Shown: piece after piece, positions 1 to 24,300 of the stretch
How the letters are laid out: each line of letters begins with the position of its first letter
How positions within the stretch are numbered: the stretch's first letter is position 1
NCBI GenBank assembly: GCA_001643675.2
Contig: LSRY02000004.1
Location: forward strand, 372,001 to 436,000
Reading direction: 5' to 3'
Origin: Monocercomonoides exilis PA203
Lineage: Eukaryota; Protista; Preaxostyla
Length of the DNA: 64,000 nucleotides
The notes under the pieces: model-generated
Database searches by the model: none
What the model saw: the letters and a program-made list of their open reading frames with translations, nothing else
What the model was told of the DNA's origin: nothing
Program-made: the position numbers and the translations under genes

Positions 1-879
1 TTTGATATTTTCCCCCTCTATTATCTCCAACTTCATTTTCATCCTGTTTGATATCGATTTGTACATTTCAGATCTTTGTGTTGTTCTGTCACTTTTTCAG
101 CTTTTTATTCTTTGTCAATTTTTATAAATGAAACACATTTTCCTTTGCGACTCTCTTTTAATGGTAATTTTTGATGATGATAACAATATCTAATGCAAAT
201 GAAAGTGGAAATCATCATGATGGTGGAAATGAAAAAAAGATCGTTTTCGAATTTGAATGGAAAAGAATAATTTGAGCTCATTTTCATTAAATTGCTTCAT
301 TTCTGATTGCTGGAGGCATATTGAAGAGTTTAGCAAATTCTTTATCCTCTTTTTTTCAATTTGTTTTTCCATCTTTCATGAAAAGAAAGCATCATCAAGC
401 AACATAAATATTTGAATGCAATTGAACTTGAGTTGAATGAAAAATAGTAACTGATGGTAATAGAACATTTTGCTTCTTCAAGTGAAGTATATTTTAATAA
501 TTCACAGATTCAATTTTTCTAACCAGAAAATCCTCAAGATACATTTTCATTCAAAATCTTTTTCTGTTTATTCTTTAAATATGCATTATAATAGATAGAG
601 TCAGTAATTTATCGGGACCTTTTTTTTTAACGGTGCCAAATTTTATAAATTGAAAATAAAAATTCCCACTTTTTTCATATTTATTAACATTATCAGTATA
701 TAAGCAAACCCTGAAAATACGGATAATTTCTTTTGAATACGAAGTCTATTTCCAATAAGGGGGAGATGGGAGGGTTAATCTTTTTCATCAAAATAAACAA
801 ATAAATAGTTGGGAAACATGGTATGTGAAACCATTCAAATACGTATAAAATTTTAATAAAAATTTTATTTCGATGAAAA

Positions 880-2393
880 TTGAAAATAAAAATTAATAAA
901 TTAATAAATTGGACAGAAGATCAAAACCATAATAAAAAAATGAAAATTGCTGTGGAACAAAAGAGAATTGCTCGACAAAGGAAATTACGTGCTGCAATGA
1001 AATCTTTCAATTACAGAAGGATTGACAATCGGCTGGAACGGATGGCGCGCATTGTGGTGGATGGAGTTGTCAGGATCACGGATGCAATAATCTCCATGGA
1101 ATTCTCACGCAAAAGGATCAAAAATGCTGAACAGGTTTTGAGAAGCAAAAAGCTGGTTTCAAAAGTTGGAAGATCGCGATTTGTAAGCAGAGGCAAAGAA
1201 CAAATTGTGCTGGATGAAATTATCATTGAATCAAGATCTGGAAGCTATTTGCCTATTCGGAAAGTTCGCGAACTGGTTTGTTGTTCTTTAATAGTTAATA
1301 ACTTTAATAAAAATATTTGATGGAAAATGTAATTAATGATACAGACGACGAAGACGCCCCATTCATTAACGTTTCAATGGGAACCGCATACCAATTTGTG
1401 AAGCGCCATCCCGAGCAGAAGAGAAGTTTGCTGAAAAATGTTTATGTTAATCTCCTTTCAGTGTCGTGCCAAAGTGTTCTGCAGCCCTGGTATTCATTGC
1501 TGGACGGCTTACATGAAAAAAATGAATACTACAAAGAACTGATATTTAATATGGATGAGTCTTCACTGAGAGTTCCTACCAATTCTAAGCTGAGCGTGGT
1601 TCATCCAAAAAATGAAAATCCAGGATTTCGCAAAGAACCACCGAAAATGGCGAATTCCACTCTGGTCGCTGCTGTGGCTGCTGATGGATTTGCACTTCCT
1701 TCTGTGATTCTATGGCCTAGCAAAAGTCTTCCTGATGAAATGAAGCCGCTGCTTTCGCAGACTCCGGATATCTGGCCGAACGGAAGTGGTTGGATGGGCT
1801 GCAATCAGTTCAAAAAGTACGCACTTACAACACTCCTTCAAGAAATTATCGATCGCAGAAAGCACATGTCACTGGAAAACTCTCACTGCTTGCTTCCCAT
1901 CGACTCACACATTTCTTTCGCAGATCCGACAATCTGGAAAGAATTTCAAAAAGAAAATATCGACGTCGTCACCTTCATTCCTCACAGCACACATATCGTC
2001 CAGCCTCTTGACAGAGGAGTTTTCGCTGTTCTCAAAACAGAACGGCAAACAAAAAATGATCCTTTATCTTCGTCGACATCTTCATCGAAAAGAACAGCTC
2101 TTGTGGATGTTCTCCCTCAAGCAATTCACACCGCCCTCTCACCTGCTGTCATCAAAAAAGCCTTCGCAACGAGTGGAGTTCTTCACAACGAATCTGGACC
2201 GATTCTCATGTTGCTTCCAGAAACATCAGAATATCAACCTTCATCACATTCAAATAGATTCGACTTCTATGGAAAGTTAATAACTGATGAGAAGCTTCTG
2301 AATGATTGGAGTGAACATTTGGGAATTAAAGAAGAAAAAAAGTTGAAAAAGAAAAAAAAGTTGATGATGAAAAGAATTCTTCGGAAGAAATGA
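880..2393 (+). mobile_element. pogo-superfamily (Tc1/mariner) DD35D transposase gene, probably decayed; 5' part 880-1320 and catalytic part 1317-2393 are in different frames
   Basis: DDE_1-type motifs FNMDES, W..SGWM, DSH and THIVQPLDRGVF, with 35 residues between the 2nd and 3rd Asp. No in-frame intron joining the two ORFs and no TIRs found. Confidence 0.8.
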
Positions 2394-3141
2394 AAAAAGC
2401 AGAACAAAGAGAAGATAATGAGTTAGAGTCTTTGGTTGAAATGAAAAAAATAAAGAGAAAATTTGAAGTGAAAAAAGATGATCATGAAAATGAAAAGGAA
2501 AAAATCAATGTGATTGAAAGAAAAAAAGGAAAAAGAAAAGTTATACGTAAATTGGATTCGTCAATAGTTTTTTTTACTTTTCTTTTTTTTTTCTTGTTGA
2601 ATATCTTCTTCAGTGAAGTCATTCATCGGTCTGATTGAAATGCTATCTTTTTATTAGAAACAGATGATGCTTTGAATTTTATAAGAGCCACTCATAAGAT
2701 TATTCACACACTCCCAAAACTGATTTTTCTCACAGAAAAGTTATTGTGAACTTGATTATCAATAAATTGGGATTAAAAAAGTTACTTTGTAACAAATGAA
2801 TTTAGCATATATTCGGCTTACTTGCAATAAATCATTAAAATTAAGATTTGAAATAAAACTAATCAAATGTGAAAATGAAGAAGATTTTTAATAAATAGAA
2901 AAGAAATAAAAATTAAATGTGCACAAGCATTTAATCTTTCTTTTCCATAAATAAAGAATAAGATTTTCAAAATTCACAAACATTTAAGAATGGCAAACTC
3001 AATAAAAAATGTAACATTGATACTAAAAACTATAAATATTTAATCTATTTATTGCTTCAATCACGAAAAATCACGCACTGTCAATAATTATGAATTCACT
3101 GATTAATACAAGCAAATCAAGAATATCAAAAAGGAAGTACT

Positions 3142-5066
3142 TTACCAATTAACAAGCTTGACAAGATCAGTGTCAAAAATGATTGTAAGCGCTAATGAAC
3201 AAAGTCCAAGGAGTGCACCAAGCCAGAAAACAAACCATCCTAAAATGTATCCAAATCCTTTTTTGTGTTTAGCAGATCGAATAATTTGCTCACTTAAAAT
3301 TTCAGGTTCTATACATTCTGTTGCTCTATTCTTCTTGGCATTAATGTGATCATGTTCGCAAACAGTTTCAGAGCTAATATCCAAAATTTCAGTGATTTTC
3401 AATTCAGTTCTATTTCTTTCTTCTTTAAGTTCATGCAAATACATTAAGGCTGGAGCAATAAACGATACAACAACACCTGCTGTTGATCCAATAAGATCAA
3501 ATACGAAGTTGACTCTGTTCGCAAATATTGCCAGAATACTTGCGCATGCTACCAAGCAAGTTCCAATGACACAAGAAACAAAAGTTCCTTTTGAAATGAT
3601 AGTTCTTTGAAAATTCTTTTTGTTATCTTCACAAGCTTTTTCAACTTTGTCTTTTTTTGATTTTCCATCTGTCAATTGATTTTGCTTCTGAACGCTTTCA
3701 ATGATTTTGTTGCTGCTACATGAAGATTTGAGACTCTCCTCCTTGTTTGTACTTTCCATTTGTAATTCATTATCGTCTGTGTTGCAAAACAAACGATCAC
3801 ATGAGCCTAATTCACAAATCTTCAACGATGAATCACAATCTCCATAACAGCAATCGCTTGAAATTGCATCTACCTCAATTGCTATTTGATTCTTGGTGCT
3901 TGTTACGTTAACATTTTTTGGATGCTCTTGCTCTAATTTTGGATCATTTTCCATTGGCAAATCAATAGAATTATCTGCCTCGTTACATGCTTTTTCTTTC
4001 AAAATACTTAATGCCTTTTTGATATTTGACAGAAGACTCTGTAATGAAATCCGTGCAGGTAGTGAATTCATAGGGCAGCTAAAGATGAGAGTTAAAAGTA
4101 TTGCAATTTTGCTTGCAATTATTAAATAATCTTTATCTTCATACAAATCAAGAAAACTTCCAGAATCCATTCGAGAAAGTAGAATTCCACTGAACTGCAT
4201 GTATCCAAAAAGACCAGCAACTAAATAGAGTACAGCAATCAAAACAGTACCAATGACTCCTGCCCGGATCATTTTTTCTTTTGAATGATTTTCAAGCTCT
4301 CTTTGTATCAGGGGTATGTTTTGATGGCAGCTAAACACAAAACTCAGAGTTGAAAATGCCTGTATTATAGAAACGCTTGGATGAACCGCTTCAACATGAG
4401 TGAAATCTACATTTTCATTAAACGGAATAAAATATCGAATAACAACCACACAAACGCAAAATGTTATCGAACTTAATCCAAGGAATGAAGTAAATCGCAA
4501 CGAATTTAATGTTTTAAGCCAAGATAAAGGTTGTATGACTACTGTTGATAATATAATGATGATAAACCATGGCTTACACAAAATTGAATTTTCAGAAAAT
4601 CCAATTCCGCGAAAAAGCGATGACATAAAACTTCCAATCATAATTAAGCATGACCATAGAGTACCAAAAGTTGAGCAAAAATTACAAAATTCCACAAAAA
4701 TTGCACCTTTAAGACCAAACGCGTATAGTGTCATCTGAAGATATGCACATAAGTTTAATTACAATAAATAACTTGAAATAAAATAAATTACGAAGATAAA
4801 CAAACCTCTCCAAAAGAAAAGCAATTTGTCTTTTTTGATGTATAAGCAAGAAAATACAACGATGTTATGCATATTGTTCCCATTGATGTTAGGATAACTA
4901 CACCAGGAACGATGCCTGCCTTTGCGAATGCCAAAGGAATCCCCAGTAATCCTGGTCCAAGTGCAGAATTAACAAAATTAATGACAGCGGTAGGTAAGTT
5001 TGCACTTTTTTTGGTAATCACAGTAAATTTCTGTTGTTTCTCAAACTTTGGTAATGCAAATGTCAT
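3142..5066 (-). CDS. Amino-acid transporter (Aa_trans/SLC38-like), exons 5066-4806 and 4734-3142
   Basis: NFVNSALGPGLLGIPLAFAKAG signature, PLSWLKTLNSLRFTS, FSCHQNIPLI and GLFGYMQF motifs, many TM segments. A 71-nt phase-0 GTTTGT...CAG intron (4805-4735) joins the two ORFs in frame. Confidence 0.9.
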
Positions 5067-5868
5067 GATTTTGAACGCTCTTTAGTTGATTAATCACATT
5101 TTGGGTATTCGATTAAATTATAATGGGTTAAAAAGAAAAAGATGCGTCATTCCTCGCTATGAAGGATATAAAAAAAAATATTAACCCTATAACTTACCAT
5201 AACAATATCATGAAAGGATAGAATGGTTAGTTATAGAGAGTTTAATGCTGTTATTGAATAGAAAACGAATTATTATTTTTAATTGCCGATTTATGCTATA
5301 GTTCTGATTAAAGGAAACTATTGAAAAGAGTCTCGTCCCCAATGTCGTTTTTCATTATAGACTAAACTCCGTGCGTTGCGAACTTTTGACAAATTACCAT
5401 TCATGGGTTCGATGATGTTATGAACGCACAATTTTCTTGTTCTGAATGTGTTTTTACTAAAATTATAACATGTTATTCTTATAAATTTGAGATTTATTGA
5501 AGGGCAATGTTTCATTTTTCAAAAATTGATTGTTTGCGAATTTTTGAAGTGTTCAAACAAATTAAAATTTTGTTTGTGAAGTTGAAAAAACGTTTTTTAT
5601 TTTCAAATTACTGTTAGCAGATTGAATGATAACTCATGTCTCGTTCAATGATATCTTTCTTTCTTTTTTTATGAATATTTTATGATACACATGAAAAAAG
5701 ATATTAAAAACTGATAGTTTTTGAAATGTTTTTTTTCCAAAAAGAAAATTAAATAATTTTGTTTTACATAATTAAACAGATTTTTGAAATTATCTTTTCT
5801 TGAAAAAACAACTCAAAACTTCGAAAAGCAGTTGAATTTCTCGATAAGACTTCCATAATAAAAATGAT

Positions 5869-17889
<12,021 letters not shown>

Positions 17890-18318
17890 GTGAACAGCCT
17901 TTGTGAATTTTTTGATTATTTTTTTAGTTGAAGACAAATTTATTCTTCTTTTATGAAGATAATTATTTTTGTGGTTTTTTTAATTGGAATTAGTAATTTC
18001 GGTAATATTTTATTTTTCATCAAAATATTTTTACAAGCATTTTATGATAATTTGCATTAATTTTTTGTACATATGACACAAATTAGTAGTTTCGAGAGAT
18101 ATATTTTTTTTGTGTGAAATATCTCTTATTTTCGTTTCTTTCTATTCAAATTATTTTTGTTTTATTTTATATTTATATAAAACGCAGGCTTAATATTGAA
18201 ACAATATTTGGTATATTTTATTTCGGGCATTTTATTTAGTTTGAAAAAAATTATCTATTGAATGAAGAAAATCCATCAGAACAATATTTGCTGCCCATAA
18301 TTATTTGTTCAAATTTTT

Positions 18319-21300
18319 ATGTCATCCTTACGCCCACCAGATTTGGTGGCAATTCCGCTCCCAGTGTCATACCCCATTCGATCATTTATTCTTAATGAAG
18401 CTTCTATTGTTCAGCCTGATATTTTTTCTATCTGCCCAATTTGTGATAAATCATTTTCAATATCAATTCCTGGGATAACTCAGCGTTATAACTGTCATTA
18501 TTGTGGACTTCCTATTTGCAATAAGTGTTTTGTTGTATTTTCTGATAAAGATATCCCTCAGCCATTTGGATATACAGGAAAAAGGTTCCAATATTCATGT
18601 AAATGCTGTTCTGCACTTTATCGTTTGAAGAAATTTTTATCAGTTTATAATTTTTTATTTTCCCCTATAATTATATTTTCGTTAGATCCTGATATGTATT
18701 CGTCAGATGATTTAAAAGAATTGATAAGAAAAAGATTGTCAATATTGGCATATGCTTCATTTTCGCATCCTTCTTTGAAGCAATTTTCATTATCTTTTCT
18801 TCCTCGCTGCTTCAAGCTCCATGAAAGTCACATTCAGTCCTGCAGTGTCCATCCAGAACTTATTTTAAATCGTGTTACAATATCTCTCATTAACTGCTTG
18901 ATTTATCATGAATCGTTCGTTCACCATTACACATCTGCGGGTTCGGATCAAACATCATTTGCAAATCAAGTTGTACCAGAATTGAAAGCACCAGTTCGCC
19001 CGATTTCTCAAACGAAAGAAAATTTGATGGGAACTAATAATCGAAATTCATCAAACATTGATAACGGTCATGTCGTCAACCAACCATGTGGATGTTTCCC
19101 TGTAACTGCTGAAAATATCATTGTGGAGCATTTTGTGAAAAGCGGAATTTTGATTCTTGCTCTTCTTTGGGTTGCGCATTTTAGCCCGATGCAGCCTGTG
19201 AGCTTGCAGTCTGCTCAGAGGCTGCTTAAACTGCGCAGACAGGAAAGAAGAGACAGAGTCCAAAGATTGAATGAAAACGAGACGAATTCGAATTTGGCAT
19301 TCAAACGAATCAAGTGGCGCTACGAAGACGATCTCAGAGACATCAGCAAGGCTGAAGAAATTCTTCAAGCATCAAATGGTAAATGTCATTTATTTTATAA
19401 TATTATTATTATGTTTTATTTATTCATTTGTTTGTTGCGTTTTCAAATATAATTTACACGATTTGAACGATTTTGTGTTATTTCTCCTCTAATTGCTGAA
19501 GAATGGGCCTCGCCAAAGCTCGACCTTTCGTTGATGGAGCCTTCTGTTCTGTTGCTGACATTGCTCCTTCGCACTCCATATGCTTTGTTTGCAGCTGTAT
19601 CATCGCCCACATCATCCCTCACAACTCAGCTTCTTCCTGTCGCTGCTGCATCGCTCATCAACCTCATATCCACAACATATCCCTCTTCTGCAACACCATC
19701 ACCTTCATCTTCTCCATCGCCATCCTCTTCTGCTTCTTCTTCTTCTTCTTCCTTCTTGTCATACGCAACTTCATCTTCCTTCGTTTCCTCCTCATTCACC
19801 TCGCAATATCCGTCACTCAACAATTCCTTAACCGGCCTGCCTCGTCGTCAAACATCTTACTCTTCTCTTAGTGTCGATGTCCGCATCAGCGCTCTTGAAT
19901 GCCTCCATCGCCTCTGCTGGACAGACAGCGGAAGAGACAGACTGGCTGCTCAAGGATTTGCTGTTCCGCTGCTGTTCTTGTTAGCAAGAGCTGAGAGGAC
20001 ATCGCTGAACTCAGAGCTGAGCGACGAATCAAGCGGATTGGACAGAAGAAACGACAAACTTCATTATGCAGAAGAAGACTCTCAGAAGACAGCGCTTTTA
20101 GTGAAGAAAAGCCGCACTTCTTCTTTTCTCCAATCGACCAAGCGGCTTCTGTGGACTGCTCTGCCACACACAGTGTCGATGCCTTTCATTGCGATCACGT
20201 CGATCAGAAAGCGAAGGGGCGTTGTGGAAGAAGGGTGCATATGCACTGGAGGCACACAACGCAGCATTTTGAGTGGAAGGAAGTTGATTGAACAGCAGAA
20301 GAAAAGAAATGGTGGATCAGCGAAAGTGGCTGATAACAAGATAGCACAGAGGCAGAGCAGTGAGAAAAAGAAGGAGAAAGAGAAGGTGAAAGAAAAGGAA
20401 AAAGAAAAGGAAAAGTATAAGACAAATGAAAAAAGAAGTGAGTTTGAAAACAAACAGAGCAGAACGAAAAAGATAGCTCTTGAATCGAATCCACCACATC
20501 CATACTTCATCAACCCTGTGCCATTGCATCCAACAGCCTCTGAAGAAAACACAAGCGAACAAGAGCAGCATGCAAAGGCAGATAACTCACTTGCACAAAG
20601 TGACTATTCAGCTGTGAGTGAAGAGAGCGAAGAGAGCGATGACTGGATTGAAAAGACGGTTTATCCATCGGCTCGCCTTGTTTCGCTGAGAGAGGCACAG
20701 CATCTGATTGAAGGAGATGAGCAAGCAAGGCTGAAGAGGGAGCATTTGATTGTTGCTCGCAAAGAAAGAAAGATCGCAAAAGTCAAAAAAATGATTGTGA
20801 AAGGGGAAAACTTGTCGAATTACTGTGATGTGTCGTCTTCAGAGGAAGATGAACAGATTCCTCAAGAAGACACCAAGACAGAAGAAGCTCCAGTTGATGT
20901 TTCGACAGACTCGCCTTTTCTGTCATCATACATTGAATCAGCATCTCAGTCATTATCGTCACCAACTGCATCTTCCTCTTCTCTGAATTCGACTTCTTCG
21001 TTCTCGTCTGCTTTTGATTCAGCTCGCTATCTCACCTCTCATTCAGCTGCATCTGCCCTTTCTTCCTCCATCTTCACCCCATCGCAACGCAAGCACTTGC
21101 ACCCCATTCGCTTCTCTGCTGCTCAGCTTGACCATCTTTTCTCCGCTCTTTCTTTGCTCTTCTCCTCTTCTCTCTCTGCTTCTCTTGCATCTGGCTCTGC
21201 TGCCACTCCATACAGCAGCACATTGCATTCATTTCCTCTTCAGCTCTCTTCAGTGTTCTTTTCTTTTCCTTCTCTTTCTGTTTTTCAAGACTTCGATCTC

Positions 21301-24300
21301 GACATCTCCTCAGCAATCGACTGTGTTGCTGACTATATCAGCGCATGTGCCGTCAGAAAGTCTGACATTGCACAGTACATTTTTGATGGCTCAGTGAATT
21401 CGCTTGGGACAAATGCATCGAAGGCTCATGAGTCTTGTTCTTCACTACTGCTGACACCGCTGATTCTGCATCTGGCGCATTCAATGTTCTCATTTCTTCT
21501 CTTCTGGCTGTGTGCCATTGAGAGAGAGATAGATGCTGTCAATCTGTTGACATCTGTTCATGACGAAGCACTCCCTGCATTTAGAAGTCCAAAAGACAAA
21601 ATGAAAATAAAAATGATGAATTCAAAGAAAAAGCACCTTGAAAGAAAAGAAGATGAAGGATCAAAACTGAATTTTGACAACAGTTCTGATTCAACCAGAA
21701 CTGATTTCGATGTCAAAACAACTCGTTCTCTTTCATTTTTCAATGAGACGCTCAATCGCTGTGCTTCGCTGCCAGAGCTTATAAGGAATCTGTTGAACAA
21801 CAGCATCCCATCGAACTTCAATCCGATGACTTCTTCTGTCTTTGTCAACTTTTCAAGTTCTTCGTCTCCTTCTCCTTCGAACAAACTATTGGAGAAGGAA
21901 ACAGAGCCAAATAACCAAAGTGAAGGTGTTGAATTGAAAGAAAAGGAATCTTCAATGGAGGCACAAAAAACAGCTTCTGAGACAAAAGAAGAGCCATCCA
22001 TCAAACAAGAAGAGAGTTCACAGGAAGAAAAAGCAGGAAAATCCTCCGGAGATTCTGAGGCTTTTTCAAAACGCAGCACGTGGGGAGGAACTATTGCAGG
22101 TTGGTTCAAACGAGGCGGGGACTCAAAAAATGCAAATAAATCAGATAAAAATAAATACAAAGCGAATAATACAACGGCAACACCAGCTTCTGAGCAGAGC
22201 AATCAAACAGAAGCTGTTGCAGTTAATCCATCAGCTGTGACAATGGCAACAGCAACAACAACAACAGAAGCAACAGAACCAAAAGGATCAAATGCAGTTA
22301 CAACATCAGTTGGCCATTCAGAAAACAAAAAATGTTCACAAGAAAGCACACGAAACAAAGAAGGAGAAGTGAATGATATACCAAAAGTGTTGCTTACACA
22401 AGAAGAGCAAGAAAAAGAATCAGCCAAAGAAATCGCACAGTCACCTGCCAAAACAAGTGGCACTTTCGCTTCTTCTGCCGATCTTCCTTCTCTTTCATCC
22501 TCTCCAGCGTCTTCTCCATCGCCAAAATCTCTCAAAGAACCTTTGACTTATTCGCCTTTCAGTTTCGGCCGTGTTTTTATGCCGTCTTCTGTGTTTGGTG
22601 ACTGCCCTGCACTCGATCCATATTTCTATTTTTCCATTGGCGAGCCTTCATTCAATCCTCATTCTGCTTCTTCGAGCTCATCTTCGGCAGCTCAGCGCCA
22701 AAGCGATGCTTCGAGTTCAAATATGTCATTTGGGGCTGCTTCTCCTCCAGCTTCTTCTTTAGCTATTGCTTCTGCTTCTGCTTCTTCTTCTTCTTCGCTG
22801 TTGAATTCTCCTTCAGCTTCTTATAAGCCCAGTTTCTCATCTGACTATTCATTTGAGGCACATCCTCTGTCGAATCAGCAAAGCATCGCCACATTCAACA
22901 TTTCTGAGCGTTCTTTTGTGCCAAAAAGCAATTACAGTGTTTCACAAGACTATTCACAATCATCTGAAAGCAATCAACATTTTGTTGAAAAATACAAAAG
23001 TTATTCTTCTTCTGCTCTGTGCAACATTCTCAAAACATCGCCTCTTTTCATTCCGATCGAAGGACTGGACATCAAATGGATCCTGTTCCTGTTTTTGGAG
23101 AAGCTCAGCCGTTTGGGTGTGCTGCTCATAGTTGTTATTCGCTTTTGTCATCTTCTATATTTAATTTTCTTTCTTTTAATTAATTATTATTATTATTATA
23201 ATTTCTGAATGTGAAATTTTCACATCTCCTTTTCTTTATCTTCAGCGCCTTCTTTTGTAGAGCGCCACAATCTGCAAGGAGCAATGCACGATTTTGCCAA
23301 GCAGTCATTTGAGCGTCTGAGCCATGTGATTTCGCAGATGCCCCAGCCGCCTTCGGAGCCTCCTTATTCGAAGCACAATCCCTCTCCAATCACAACGTTC
23401 TCTGACCTTCTGCTGAGCAACCTGACACTTGCACTGCTCTTTGAAGATATGTTTGACAAGGAAATTGTGAAGCCATCTGTCGAAAGAAGCGAGCTTTGTG
23501 TCTCTGCATCGTCAGCACTCTTTCCAGAAAAGAAGACAAACACACAAACATCAACAGCTGGATCTGCAAGTGCATCAGCTTCATCATCGTCATCATCTTC
23601 TTCTTCAATAAGCATATTTCATGCGCCAACATCAACGCCATTGCTTTCTGCTCCTTCACATCTTAACAGCGGTATTTCTTCTCTAACTGGTGCCTCTACC
23701 AGAAATTCCAGATCTCGAGCCAACGTTTTATCCGCCTCTCGTACATCTCGCTCAGATGCATCAAAACTTCCTCTTTCTTCTTCAACTGAGTTGGCACAAG
23801 TCCGCATTCAACAGAGTATAAAGACATCGCTTCCCACAAACTCCACACAGTCACTCGCTGCTTACTCGCTTTCCCGCCTGTTTGCGCTGCTCGGCCTGGC
23901 TTTCCAGATTTCTGTTGCTGTTCCGAAGCCTCTGAAAGGAAATGGATCTCAAATTGGTATTAGCAGATGGGATTCATTCACATTGGCATCTCAATCACAT
24001 CTGCATCTTTCGTATTTTGTTCCGCATCTCCTTTTGTCCTCCTATTTCCTCTGTTCTTTGTCGTCGCATTCTGAGAACAAAGGATCACCTGGATACAGTT
24101 CTCAGCAAGCGAGCAAATCGTTTTCTTCTTATTCTTCTGTCATTCCTTATCGCACCCAACGAAAGCCTCATGACATTCTCTTAGACATGATCAAGATGCG
24201 TTCTTTCTCTCCTTTTCCAAACTTTCTCCCTTTCTCGCTGCTCCATCCATCTTTCCTTCCTTCCTTCGACAGATTGCTTTCTTCAGTTCCAAGCAGCTCA

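Noticed and set aside
1-3140. TIRs for the pogo-like transposase; short ORFs at 105-372 and 2390-2638
   Set aside because: No convincing inverted pair with TA TSD found by eye; the ORFs are AT-rich low complexity or a frameshifted tail.
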